A stretch of DNA of 64,000 nucleotides, from positions 13,880 through 77,879 of the forward strand of contig CAWCRS010000005.1 of assembly GCA_963798085.1 (NCBI GenBank), written 5' to 3'. The notes below the pieces were generated by a model that was given only the letters and a program-made list of their open reading frames with translations, did not search any database and was not told where the DNA came from. This document shows positions 52,546 to 62,513 of this stretch, piece after piece. Position numbers and translations under genes: made by a program. The DNA is from an uncultured Gemmatimonadales bacterium (GTDB lineage Bacteria > Gemmatimonadota > Gemmatimonadetes > Longimicrobiales > RSA9). Position 1 is the stretch's first letter, and the number at the start of each line of letters is the position of its first letter.

Positions 52546-55386
52546 TCAGCGCATCGTCGCGGACGCCGCCGGCCCGTAGTAGATGCCGTTGAAGAGCAGC
52601 TTGAACGTGCCGTGCGGCTGACCGCGGAACAGGATCTCGGGCGTGTAGAGGTACAGGTGCCCCTTGCCCACGGCGGCCTCGGCGGCAATCACACCCCCAT
52701 CGAGGTAGGTCTCTCCCAGCGCCCAGCCGCTGTGCAGCGGGTGCGGATTGTCGAACCACGCCACGGCCTTCACACCACCCAGCTCGGCTCCGGGCGGCAG
52801 CTGCAGCAGTGGGCTGCTGTCGAAGAAGAAGTCCGTGTGCTCCGCCAGTCCGGCCGCTGCCGGCTGGCTCTGATCGACGCGTGCGGTGAGCACTGACCCC
52901 GGCACGTAGAACTTCGTGCGTGGCAGACTGCGCTCCTCGCCGTTGACGACTTCCACCAGATGATCCTTGACGGGCAGGCCGAGGTGTGTTGCCAGCGATG
53001 TCGAGCTGCCAATCGTGATGACGGTACCGCCCGCATCGAGGAACGCCTTGATCTGCGGTATGGAGCGGTCCGCCGTGATGTTGCCCACCCAGCCGCGGAA
53101 CTCGGCCGGCAGCGACGTCGTGTCAGGCCCGCCGAAGCCACCGCCGCCACCGCCGCCACGACCCCCGCGTCCGCCACCGCCGGCGGCCGGAATCATGCCG
53201 TCGACGAAGACGAGCACGTCGTATTTGCTGCGCAGGTTCCCGGCATCGATGGTCTGGGGATAGATCACCTCGAAGGGGAACTCGAACTGCTCGAACTCGA
53301 AGCGCGTCCAGCCCGATGGCATGGAGCCGCCGTAGCGATCGAGCAGGCCGATGCGGACGGGTTGCAGCTTGAGTGCGCTGCCCGCTTTGGTGCCGGTGGC
53401 TTCGAAGACCAGGCCTTTCTGTTTCGCCAGATCATCGAGCAGCGGGCGTACACCGCCGGCCGCAGGAATGTAGAACGTGCCTGCGGGCCAGGTGTGGCCG
53501 TTGGCCGTGAAGGGGGCCTGCAGCCAGTACACATCCTTCTTCGCCTTCAGCAGCCGGTTCACGGCGACAAACGCGTCGTTCACCTCATGGCTGAGCAGGA
53601 ATCCCGCGTTGCCGGAACCGGCTACACGCCCGGGCGGCGGCGCCACATCGGGGCCGGGAATCATCTCGACGGGTGCGTCGAAGCCTTCCACGATGCGATC
53701 GAACTGTACGCCCATGGTGAAGGCCAGCGTATAGCCCGCATTGTCGTAGGGCGGAATGGGCGGACCGCCGGGATACGCGAGATCGTTCGGGTGATCCTGC
53801 GGCTCGAACATGTCGATGACGTGCGCGCGGAACGGCTGCGCCGCCTTCACCACATAGGAGCCGGCGGGATACGTCTTGCCGTTCACCTGGAAATCGCGCG
53901 TTGCGCGACCCACCTGTACGCCACCACGCGTGAGCGCCTGCACGAATTTCGTGGCCGTCAGGAAATCCGGCTGGCTGGACGGAAGGATGTAGCCGCGTGC
54001 ATCGCGCAGCGAAGGATCGCGCATCATGCGTTCGAAGTCGGCGCGCGTGCCGCCGCCGCCTCGCCCGCCGCGGCCCCCACCGCCACCACCACCCACCTCA
54101 TCAGCATCGGCGGCGGCGCCACCGCCCCGCCTGCCCGGACCGGCGAGCTTCTCGGTCGCGGCCGCAATGCGGCTCGGCGTATCCGTCCAGTGGTCCCTGT
54201 TGCCGTTGTCGATGGCGCGCTTCGCCATCAGGTACATGTTGTAGAGGAACTCTTCCCTGCGCCGTGAAACGATGTCGAGCACGGCGCGATCCGCGGTGAT
54301 CGAGTAGTCGACGGACTGCCGGAAGTGCCACGGTTGGGGTTCGATCGGGAGCGGCAGATCGCTCTTGGAAAGCAGACGGTCGGGAATGAACGGAATCTGC
54401 TCGGGCGTGGGATTACCGATGGTCTCGGTGAGCAGGCCGATCATGTTGTGGAAGTAGGCCATGGTGCGCAGGCCGCCGTTCCACCAGGTCGAGTAGTTGG
54501 AGCCGGACCGCATGGTAACACCGGGTTTGTGCTCGGTGACGAAGCGGTCGTGCATGGAGCCGCCCACGATCTCGAGACCCGTCTGGATGGCGGAATCGAA
54601 GTAGTAGTTGGGCGGATCGCGGAAGGGCGGCGAGAACATGACCGCGCCCGCCGGTCCCGTCTGGTGGTGATTGTAGACGACGACCGGGTACCACGTGCGG
54701 TACATCACCTGATTGTCGTTCTGCGTTTCCGGCAGATTCGCCATGTAGAAGTCGCGGTTGTCGTCGTGGCCCGCGTACTTCTCGTACAGCCGCGGAATTC
54801 CGTTGGTCGAGCGGCGCTGCGCATCCTGATTGCGCATGTACCAGTTGGAGACCAGCTCCATGCCATCGGGATTCACCTGCACGCAGAGGATGACGAGGTC
54901 ATTGAGGAAGCGCAGGGTCTCCGGGTCGTCCATGCTGACCAGCTGATAGACGATCTCCATCAGCTGCTGCGCGCCCAGCACCTCGGTTGCGTGCAGGCCG
55001 CCATCGATCCAGACCACGGCCTTGGTGTCGTGCGCGAGCTGCCGGGCCTGGTCCTCGGTGAGGCCGTCGGCCATGGCAAGGCGTCGCTCGTTCGCCTTGA
55101 GGCGATCGAGATTGCGGATGTTCTCGGGCGACGAAATGATGGCCATGAGTTGCGGCCGGCCCTCGGCAGAGTGGCCGATCGTGTCGAGGACCATCCGATC
55201 GGATTCCTTGGCCAGCTTCTGCCAGTACGCGGTCAGATCCGTGTAGTTGGGCAGGACGTAGTCGGCCCCGATCTCGTGGCCGAACTGCTGCTGCGGCGAA
55301 GTGACGCGCGTCTGCGCGCTCGCGGCAGCCGTCGCGAGCAACGTCGTACACGTTGCGAGCAGGACTGCTCGAGCTCGTCCTCGCAT
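52546..55386 (-). CDS. Large secreted M14-family zinc carboxypeptidase
   Basis: 946 aa, intact. Signal peptide 'LLATAAASAQ', 'HSAEGRP' (HxxE zinc motif) and 'NPDG'. Two Gly/Arg-rich inserts: 'GGGGGGGRGGRGGGG' and 'GGGGRGGRGGGGGGGFGG'. Confidence 0.8.
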   Translation of the reverse strand: MRGRARAVLLATCTTLLATAAASAQTRVTSPQQQFGHEIGADYVLPNYTDLTAYWQKLAKESDRMVLDTIGHSAEGRPQLMAIISSPENIRNLDRLKANERRLAMADGLTEDQARQLAHDTKAVVWIDGGLHATEVLGAQQLMEIVYQLVSMDDPETLRFLNDLVILCVQVNPDGMELVSNWYMRNQDAQRRSTNGIPRLYEKYAGHDDNRDFYMANLPETQNDNQVMYRTWYPVVVYNHHQTGPAGAVMFSPPFRDPPNYYFDSAIQTGLEIVGGSMHDRFVTEHKPGVTMRSGSNYSTWWNGGLRTMAYFHNMIGLLTETIGNPTPEQIPFIPDRLLSKSDLPLPIEPQPWHFRQSVDYSITADRAVLDIVSRRREEFLYNMYLMAKRAIDNGNRDHWTDTPSRIAAATEKLAGPGRRGGGAAADADEVGGGGGGGRGGRGGGGTRADFERMMRDPSLRDARGYILPSSQPDFLTATKFVQALTRGGVQVGRATRDFQVNGKTYPAGSYVVKAAQPFRAHVIDMFEPQDHPNDLAYPGGPPIPPYDNAGYTLAFTMGVQFDRIVEGFDAPVEMIPGPDVAPPPGRVAGSGNAGFLLSHEVNDAFVAVNRLLKAKKDVYWLQAPFTANGHTWPAGTFYIPAAGGVRPLLDDLAKQKGLVFEATGTKAGSALKLQPVRIGLLDRYGGSMPSGWTRFEFEQFEFPFEVIYPQTIDAGNLRSKYDVLVFVDGMIPAAGGGGRGGRGGGGGGGFGGPDTTSLPAEFRGWVGNITADRSIPQIKAFLDAGGTVITIGSSTSLATHLGLPVKDHLVEVVNGEERSLPRTKFYVPGSVLTARVDQSQPAAAGLAEHTDFFFDSSPLLQLPPGAELGGVKAVAWFDNPHPLHSGWALGETYLDGGVIAAEAAVGKGHLYLYTPEILFRGQPHGTFKLLFNGIYYGPAASATMR

Positions 55387-55594
55387 GAGACACCTCGGGG
55401 CTGACAGTTACGGGGGAATAGCGCACGGGCCCGGCCGACGAGCCCGCGTCAGAATAGCATCCACACCCGCGAGCGGCCAGCGCGTGCGCAGCGCAGTGTC
55501 GGCGCTGTCACATGCTGCGCCGCGGTTTGCGAGCACCGCCCGCGGCCTCTACGTTGCGCGCGCCGAACGCGTACGAACCTGGCGTGGAGGGGTT

Positions 55595-55987
55595 GTGGCT
55601 GATTTCGTCTTCCGGGCCCACTCGGGCTGGCGTTACTGCGTGCTGCTGGCGGGCGCGCTGACCGTGCTGCTCGCGCTGCTTGCGCTGGCAGGCGGCTCAC
55701 AGGGCCGGCTCGGCCGTGCGGCGCTGATCCTGTATCGCGTTTTCGTGGGCACACTCGACCTGCAGGTACTGCTCGGCATTCTCACGGTGGCACTGCGTCC
55801 GTTCCAGCCCGCGTTCATCGGACACATCGTGATGGTGGTGCTGGGTGCGGTGGCCGCACACTACTTCGCGGTGCTCATCAAGAAGCGGGCGCCCGAACGC
55901 CGCGTGATCCTGGCCTTGTCTGGCGTGGTGATCGCGCTGGTGCTGATCGTGGGCGGGATCCGTGCGATCGGCCGGCGTATCGTCTGA
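55595..55987 (+). CDS. Small membrane protein (130 aa, about 4 TM)
   Basis: GTG 55595 preceded by 'ggagg'. 'VADFVFRAHSGWRYCVLLAGALTVLLALLALAG...'. The upstream part of track ORF 55301..55987 is rejected. Confidence 0.45.
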   Translation: MADFVFRAHSGWRYCVLLAGALTVLLALLALAGGSQGRLGRAALILYRVFVGTLDLQVLLGILTVALRPFQPAFIGHIVMVVLGAVAAHYFAVLIKKRAPERRVILALSGVVIALVLIVGGIRAIGRRIV

Positions 55988-55996
55988 TGCGCAGGG

Positions 55997-56968
55997 TCAG
56001 CCGATGGCCGCCGCCTGCTGCGAGCGCTGGAAGACGCGCAGCGAATCGAGGCCTGCAGCCTTGGCTTCGTAGAGCGCGGCATCAGCGGCTGCCAGCAGAT
56101 CATCGGGCGCGCGCATACCGGGCCGGAAGCTGGCCAGGCCACAGGAAAGTGTGACGGCGCCAGTCGGCGGCTGCGATTCGCGGAGTCGGTTCTTGACGCG
56201 CTCGACGAAGACCAGCGCGCCCGCGATTTCCGACGATGACAGCACCGCCAGGAATTCCTCGCCGCCCCAGCGCCCGGAGATGTTCATGGCGCGCGTCTGT
56301 GTCGCCAGCGCCTGACCCACCGCGCGCAGCGCCTTGTCACCCGCCCCGTGACCGTGCCGGTCGTTGTACGCCTTGAAGCGATCGATATCGAAGAAAACCA
56401 CCACCAGCGGCCTGCCTCGCCGGGCGGCCGCGAACTCGCGCTCCAGTATGAGCCGCACGTAGCGGCGGTTGGGCAGACTGGTCAGCTCGTCGGTCAGCGC
56501 CAGCTCTTCGGCGTGCATGCGTTCCGAGTGCAGCCGGTCGGAGAGTATGCCAATGCCGAGCGAGATGAGCACATACGAAATAATGACGGCGACGAGCAGC
56601 GACACATTCGGCACGCGGTAGCCGGACATGGCCAGTCCGAGCTGCACGGACACCATCAGCACCATGCCCGCGGCCAGGGTCATCGTGACGCCTCGCCAGC
56701 CGCGGAAATAAGCCAGCAGGAATGCGGGCACGAGCAGCAGCAGCCACACGAGCAGCTCGTACTCCTCGGTGGCCTCGGGCATGACGACGCTGGCAATGAC
56801 AGGGACGAGCAGAGCAACGGCGCTCAGGACGAACGCACGGCGAGGCATCGTGGGACGACCGAGATACCAGACCGGCCTGCGGCCGGCCGGCTCCGCGTGG
56901 AGCGGGCCAGCAGCGGGCAGCGGGTCCGCCGAAATAGACTCCATCACTGAATTTCCGGTATCAAGCAT
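55997..56968 (-). CDS. Membrane-bound diguanylate cyclase (GGDEF domain)
   Basis: TM-rich N-terminus and a C-terminal 'DELTSLPNRR...FFDIDRFKAYNDRHGHGAGD...RWGGEEFLAVL' with a GGEEF active site. The start is uncertain (MLDTGN taken, ATG 56966-56968). Confidence 0.8.
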   Translation of the reverse strand: MLDTGNSVMESISADPLPAAGPLHAEPAGRRPVWYLGRPTMPRRAFVLSAVALLVPVIASVVMPEATEEYELLVWLLLLVPAFLLAYFRGWRGVTMTLAAGMVLMVSVQLGLAMSGYRVPNVSLLVAVIISYVLISLGIGILSDRLHSERMHAEELALTDELTSLPNRRYVRLILEREFAAARRGRPLVVVFFDIDRFKAYNDRHGHGAGDKALRAVGQALATQTRAMNISGRWGGEEFLAVLSSSEIAGALVFVERVKNRLRESQPPTGAVTLSCGLASFRPGMRAPDDLLAAADAALYEAKAAGLDSLRVFQRSQQAAAIG

Positions 56969-57177
56969 ATCCGCGGCGCCGGGAGCACTCGACAGGACGC
57001 GCAAGTCGTCTGCGTGGCCGTTGCGCCTCGCTGGCGGCGTGTCTCTCGTCCCGGCGGCTACAGTCGCCTCTGGAAGGAAGTATCGCCCGGATCGAAGCCC
57101 CGGTTGAACGCGGGCGGCTGCCGTTCCGGCGGACTGCCCGCGACCGTACATTGCCGGGCCATGGGGGAAGGGCGCGA

Positions 57178-58374
57178 ATGAACGGCACGATCGTCTGCCT
57201 GGCGAGCTACGAGAAGGGCGCGGACCTGCTCCTCGCCTGCGCCGATCTGGGCATGCCGCCCGTACTGGTCACGGTCGAGAAGCTGAAGGATGCGGAGTGG
57301 CCGAGAGACCGTCTCGGCGGGTTCTACTGGCTGGCCGACTTTCACACCCGCGATCACGTGATCCATGCCGTGAGCTGGCTGGCGCGCAGCCAGCGCATTG
57401 CACGCATCGTCGCGCTCGACGAGTTCGACCTCGAGCTGGCCGCCGCGCTGCGCGAGCATCTGCGCGTGCCCGGCATGGGCGACACCGCGGTGCGCTATTT
57501 CCGCGACAAACTGGCCATGCGCCAGCGCGCCGCGGCCGCCGGCATGCGCGTGCCCCGCTTCACGGCGGTATTCAACGACGAGGATGTGCGAGCATTCGCC
57601 GGGCGAGTGGCGCCCCCGTGGCTGCTGAAGCCGCGGACCGAGGCAGCGGCCATCGGCATCCGCCGCATCACGGACGAGACCGCGCTGTGGGCGGAGCTGG
57701 AGCAGCTGGGCGACCGCCGCTCCTGGTTCCTGCTCGAGGAATACGTGGGCGGCGCGGTCTACCACGTCGATTCCATCGTGGCGCGCCGCAGCGTGACGTT
57801 CGCCATGGCCAGCCGCTACTCGACGCCGCCCTTCGATGTGGCCCACGGCGGCGGCATCTTCGCCAGCACCACGGTGACGCACGGCTCGGCGGACGAGAAG
57901 GCACTGCTCGAGCACAACACGAAGCTGGTCTCTGCCTTCGGCATCGTGGGCGGAGCGCTGCACACGGAATTCATCCGCAGCGATGCGGATGGCGGCTTTC
58001 TTTTTCTGGAAACAGCGGCGCGCGTGGGCGGAGCGCACATTGTCGAGATGGTCGAGGCGGCGACGGGCGTGAACCTGTGGCGCGAATGGGCGGCCGTGGA
58101 GGTAGCCAGCGCGCGCGGCCAGCCCTACACGCCGCCGCTCCCGCACACGGACCACGCGGGCCTGGTCCTCTCGCTGGCGCGCCAGGAGTGGCCGGACACA
58201 TCCGCGTACGATGATCCGGAAATCGTGTGGCGGATTCGACGCCGGCATCACGCCGGCCTGATCGTGTCGTCGCCGGACCCGGAGCGCGTAGGCGTGCTGC
58301 TCGAGGCCTACCGCGCGCGTTTCGCCGAGGATTTCCTGGCCACCATGCCTGCGCCCGACAAGCCCACCGCGTGA
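57178..58374 (+). CDS. ATP-grasp domain enzyme (amino acid/carboxylate-amine ligase type)
   Basis: ATG 57178 ('MNGTIVCLASYEKG'). 'RDKLAMRQRAAAAGMRVPRF', 'PWLLKPRTEAAAIGIRRI', 'FLLEEYVGG.VYHVDS' and 'LHTEFIR...FLFLETAARVGGAHI' follow the ATP-grasp layout. Confidence 0.75.
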   Translation: MNGTIVCLASYEKGADLLLACADLGMPPVLVTVEKLKDAEWPRDRLGGFYWLADFHTRDHVIHAVSWLARSQRIARIVALDEFDLELAAALREHLRVPGMGDTAVRYFRDKLAMRQRAAAAGMRVPRFTAVFNDEDVRAFAGRVAPPWLLKPRTEAAAIGIRRITDETALWAELEQLGDRRSWFLLEEYVGGAVYHVDSIVARRSVTFAMASRYSTPPFDVAHGGGIFASTTVTHGSADEKALLEHNTKLVSAFGIVGGALHTEFIRSDADGGFLFLETAARVGGAHIVEMVEAATGVNLWREWAAVEVASARGQPYTPPLPHTDHAGLVLSLARQEWPDTSAYDDPEIVWRIRRRHHAGLIVSSPDPERVGVLLEAYRARFAEDFLATMPAPDKPTA

Positions 58375-59219
58375 ATCCGCGTACCAGCCACGCACTCACC
58401 GCACGCGCGTGGGTTCCCTACGCCACGGCGGAGGACGGCCCGCTTGCCCATCTCGCGGACCGCGTGTACGTGTTGCGTGATCTGGCCAGCCCACAGCTGG
58501 GCAATCGGCGCGATATCGTGGTGCTGCTGCCGGCCGGCCATGACGCCGGCGGGCGGACGTACCCGGTCGTGTACATGCAGGATGGGCAGAACCTCTTCGA
58601 CCCGGCCACCAGTTTCGCGAGCCCATGGCGAGCGGGCGAAGCGCTGGATGCGCTGCACGAGGAGGGGCTGGACGCGATCATCGTGGGCGTGCCCAACACG
58701 GGCGCGCAGCGTCTCGACGAATACAGTCCATTCCGCGATGCGCGCGTGGGCGGCGGCCGCGGCGAGGCGTACGTGCGCTTCCTCAGCGACACGGTGAAGC
58801 CGGCGGTCGACGCAGCGTTCCCGACGCGCCGCGGACGTGAGGACACGTTCGTCGCCGGCTCTTCGATGGGCGGACTCATCAGCCTGTACGCAATCTGCGC
58901 GCACGGCGAGGTGTTCGGCGGCGCGGGAGCGCTCAGTCCGGCGCTCTGGTTCGCGCGCCGCGCGTTCTATCCGTGGCTGCGCAAACAGTCTGTCAGGGGC
59001 CGCGTGTCACTGCGCGCCGGTACGGGCGAAGGACCCCTGCTGCTGGCGGATGTGGCGAGGCTGCGGGACATGCTGCTGGAGCGCGGGCTGCGGCTGGGCC
59101 GCGATCTCGATTGCCGCTTCGACAGCGGCGGGCGGCATGACGAATCCTCGTGGAGCCGCCAGCTGCCCGGCGTGCTGCGCTTTCTGCTCAACGCGAACGG
59201 CGCGCCGCCTTCCGGCTGA
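58371..59219 (+). CDS. Esterase-family alpha/beta hydrolase (putative esterase/esterase D type)
   Basis: GTG 58371 overlaps the ATP-grasp stop (GTGA). 'PVVYMQDGQNLFD', nucleophile elbow 'AGSSMGG', and a late 'GGRHDE'. Confidence 0.7.
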   Translation: MNPRTSHALTARAWVPYATAEDGPLAHLADRVYVLRDLASPQLGNRRDIVVLLPAGHDAGGRTYPVVYMQDGQNLFDPATSFASPWRAGEALDALHEEGLDAIIVGVPNTGAQRLDEYSPFRDARVGGGRGEAYVRFLSDTVKPAVDAAFPTRRGREDTFVAGSSMGGLISLYAICAHGEVFGGAGALSPALWFARRAFYPWLRKQSVRGRVSLRAGTGEGPLLLADVARLRDMLLERGLRLGRDLDCRFDSGGRHDESSWSRQLPGVLRFLLNANGAPPSG

Positions 59220-59982
59220 CACTGCGCCGGTTGTCGGCGGCACAGGCATCGGCAAACGCTTCGAACAGCGCAGTCGACGACGCGCCACTCAACGCCTCCG
59301 GGTGCCATTGTACCGCCAGCGCGAAGCCATCCGCGCGTGACTCGACCGCTTCAATGAGGCCATCGGGCGCGTGCGCCGTTGCGTCCAGCCCGGCTGCCAG
59401 CGTGTGCACGCCCTGGTGGTGCATGCTGTTCACGCGAACCGCGCCGTCACCGAGCGCGCCGGCCAGACGCGAGCCGGACGCCACGTCGACGTCGTGCGCC
59501 AGGTAGTCGCGGGTAAAGCCCTGCATCGGGAAGTAGTCGTGCTTGATGGAGCCGGGATACTGCGCAGTCGTGTCCTGCCAGAGCGTGCCGCCCAGCGCCA
59601 CATTGAGCACGTGCAGCCCGCGGCACACGCCCAGCAGCGGCTTGCCCTCGGCCGCGGCCCAGCGCGCCAGTCGCAGCTCCACACGATCCCTCGCCGCATC
59701 AATGTTGCCGCACAGCGTGCCCTTTTCCTGACCGTACTCCGCGGGATTCACGTCCACGCCCCCGGCGAGGAAAACACCATCCAGGCGATCGAAGATGGCG
59801 CGTATGATCAGCTCATCTTCCGCCAGCAGCGGCACCATCACCGGCACCAGTCCGGATGCGGCCAGCGTCGCGAAGTAGCGGTGACTCATCACCCAGGAAT
59901 GCGGGATGCCTTCCGGAATCCCGTCCATGGCCTGCAGCGTCTGGCCGGGAACTCCCACGAGCAATCGCGTACTCTTTGCCAT
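59188..59982 (-). CDS. Peptidase C26 / class-I glutamine amidotransferase-like gamma-glutamyl hydrolase (PuuD-like)
   Basis: 'FLAGGVDVNP', nucleophile 'LLGVCRGLHVLNVALGG', 'VNSMHHQGV' and 'AVQWHPE'. Its 3' end overlaps the convergent esterase gene by 32 nt. Confidence 0.8.
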   Translation of the reverse strand: MAKSTRLLVGVPGQTLQAMDGIPEGIPHSWVMSHRYFATLAASGLVPVMVPLLAEDELIIRAIFDRLDGVFLAGGVDVNPAEYGQEKGTLCGNIDAARDRVELRLARWAAAEGKPLLGVCRGLHVLNVALGGTLWQDTTAQYPGSIKHDYFPMQGFTRDYLAHDVDVASGSRLAGALGDGAVRVNSMHHQGVHTLAAGLDATAHAPDGLIEAVESRADGFALAVQWHPEALSGASSTALFEAFADACAADNRRSVSRKAARRSR

Positions 59983-60047
59983 GAATTCTTACTCTGTTGC
60001 GTACGCGGCCCGGGCGCGCTCTTCCTGCGCGAGTCGTGGTCCGCGCT

Positions 60048-61145
60048 TCATTCCTGGGTTTCCTGCACGAGCTGGTCCACCACGTCCTTCAGGTCGCCGG
60101 TGCGGTGGAATGTGGCCAGCTGGCGATCCGCACTGGAGCCCTCCTTCAGGATGCGATGGACGTACTCGACCTCGCTTCGGGTTCCCAGCTCGTCCACCAC
60201 GTCGGCAATGAACCACTCGACCAGCTCGAGGATCAGCTGGCGCGCGGGCAGCTCCTGCTGTTTGCCGAAGTCGATGAGCTGGCCGTCCAGGCCGTAACGC
60301 ACGGCGCGCCACTTGTTCTCCTCGAGCAGGTCGGAGGAGTACACCCGGAACGTCGTGTTATCGCGCCGCATCTTCCACAGCTTGGCAATGATGGCCTGCA
60401 GGATGGCGGCCAGACAGACGGCTTCGTCCACGCGCGTGCAGATGTCGAGCACGCGGAACTCGAGCGTCGGATAGTGATGATGCGGCCGCACGTCCCACCA
60501 GATCTTCGAGCCGTCCGGTATGGAGCGCGTGCGCACCAGGGTATCCTCCAGGTACTTGAAGTCGCCCCATGACTGGAACGGCCGCGGGATGCCGGTGCGC
60601 GGGAAGTTGCGGAAAATCACGCTGCGGTAACTCTTGAGCCCGGTCTCGCGGCCGATCCAGAAGGGCGAGCTGGAAGCCAGGCAGAGCAGGTGCGGCAGGA
60701 AGTAGCGCGCCACGTTCATGGCATCGATCATGAACTCGCGATCCTCGATGCCGATGTGGATGTGCGTGCCGAAGATCAGCAGCTGCTGCGCCAGCAGCTG
60801 CATGTCCTGCTTCACGCCCATGTAGCGTTCCAGCGGTGTGATTTCCTGTGTGAGCCAGGAGGAGAAGGGGTGCGTGCCGGCGGCGGCCATGCGCAGATTC
60901 TTGCGCGCCGCCAGGCCGTGGACCATGCGGCGCAGGCGACGCAGCTCCTGACCGGCTTCCGCCGGCGTCCGGCACACCGTGGTGCCCACTTCGACGATCG
61001 ACTGATGCAGCTCCGGCTTCACCTCGCGCAGAATCACATCATCTTCCTGCAGTATCTCCGTGATATAGGAACGCAGCTCCCGCGTCTCCGGGTCGATGAT
61101 CTGATACTCTTCCTCGATGCCAATGGTGAGTGAAGGCGGCTCCAT
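60048..61145 (-). CDS. Carboxylate-amine ligase, GCS2/YbdK family
   Basis: 365 aa, intact. 'LTIGIEEEYQIIDPETREL', 'PELHQSIVEVGT', 'AAAGTHPF', 'FGTHIHIGI', 'SSSPFW.G..TG..SYR' and 'WWDVRPH...PTLEFRV.D' are the typical YbdK pattern. Confidence 0.85.
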   Translation of the reverse strand: MEPPSLTIGIEEEYQIIDPETRELRSYITEILQEDDVILREVKPELHQSIVEVGTTVCRTPAEAGQELRRLRRMVHGLAARKNLRMAAAGTHPFSSWLTQEITPLERYMGVKQDMQLLAQQLLIFGTHIHIGIEDREFMIDAMNVARYFLPHLLCLASSSPFWIGRETGLKSYRSVIFRNFPRTGIPRPFQSWGDFKYLEDTLVRTRSIPDGSKIWWDVRPHHHYPTLEFRVLDICTRVDEAVCLAAILQAIIAKLWKMRRDNTTFRVYSSDLLEENKWRAVRYGLDGQLIDFGKQQELPARQLILELVEWFIADVVDELGTRSEVEYVHRILKEGSSADRQLATFHRTGDLKDVVDQLVQETQE

Positions 61146-61152
61146 ACCCCTC

Positions 61153-62513
61153 CTAACGAGGCTCTACCACAAAGGTGGCGACGCTGGAACCGCCACCTGC
61201 AGTAACATTGACCAGCGATTCCGTCGAGAGCCGGCTCAGACAACCATCCATGTAGGCGCCGTAATAGATGAACGGCGCAGTGTCCAGGATGCGCTCGGGA
61301 AACTGGACGCGGCCATCGACCAGAACGGGAAAGGCCTCGAGCGGAATGTGCACGCGTTCCTGCACCACGTGGGGCGAGGTCAGGGCCACGCGCAGGGCCG
61401 CTTCCCAGGCGGCATGCGTCCGTCTCCCAGCCCAGCACGATGCCCTTGCCGCCATACTCGTCGTTAGGCTTGAGCACCAGCTTCTCGCGCTGCTGCGCGA
61501 TGAAGGGCAGCAGGTCCACTTCCCGGCCCTGGTACTGCGTGACGCGCTCGGCCACGCTGCGCGTCCAGGGGATGTGCGCCTCGATGCCGGCGCGCTCTCC
61601 GGGCGTGAACAGCGCCGCGTTGCGCTCGTCGCTGAGCACGGCCAGGCTGGCCTTCTTGTGCAGCACCTTGCAGCGGAACGGATTGACCATGCAGACGGCG
61701 CGCTCGCGCACGGCGCGCACCACCGGGTGATCCATGCCGCCGCGATCGATCAGTTCGCTGATCAGCACGCGCTTGTAGATCAGGTCGACGGGCGATGTCG
61801 GCCGCGTATCAGCCGTCCCCTGCCGGTACTCCGACTTCGCGCGGGTCGGCAATGACGCAGTCCAGGCCTTGCGAGCGCAGGTACTCGGCGGTGATCACGA
61901 ACTCGCTGTAGGTCGGCACGTCGTGCCAGTCGAGGATGGCGATGCGCGGCGCCGCGCGCCGCCCGGACCACTGGTGCCAGGCATCCAGCAGCGCGTGCAT
62001 GACGTTCTGCCGCGACGGCTGGGGCCGCACCTCGTAGCGGCGCAGGAACTCGCCCATCACGGGAAGCCCGAGAAACACCTCCGCGAGCACGTCGTTGTAC
62101 GCAGGCGGCCGCCGGCGTCTCCGCATTGTACTCGGTGAAGCGCAGGCCACCGCGGTCGGGCACGAAGAACGCATCCAGCCGCGACACCGGACTGGGGTCG
62201 CGGAAGCCGGGGTCGGTCGCGCGAGCAGTTCGATCTCCCAGTCGTCGAGGCCGAACTGCGCCAGCACACTCTCATCCTCGATGGCCGCTTCGTAGGCTTT
62301 GCGGAACGCGCCCATGAGCACGCTGCAGCGGCTCTGCAGGAAGGCATACTGGGCCGCGGTCAGGAAGCGCGGCCGCAGCACGCTGCAGAGGGGGCGGTTG
62401 CCGAAGAAGAGGCCGCGGTACGCGAGCTGCGAATCCAGCCTCGCCTGTGTTTCTTCCGCCAGCTCGTCGGTCAGCAGGGCGTGCCAGTGCTCGATGGCGG
62501 CCTGGAGCGCCAT
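61153..62513 (-). pseudogene. Circularly permuted ATP-grasp (type 2)/glutathionylspermidine-synthase-like ligase with at least 5 frameshifts
   Basis: Pieces lie in ORFs 61809..62513, 61780..62187, 61034..61852 and 61153..61455. Reassembled, they read '...SRLDAFFVPDRGGLRFTEYNAETPAA', 'AYNDVLAEVF', 'VDLIYKRVLISELI', '[22 protein letters not shown]', '[19 protein letters not shown]' and 'HVVQERV...DTAPFIY.G'. The family call is from memory of the CP_ATPgrasp_2 pattern. The start overlaps the upstream stop by 1 nt. Confidence 0.65.
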
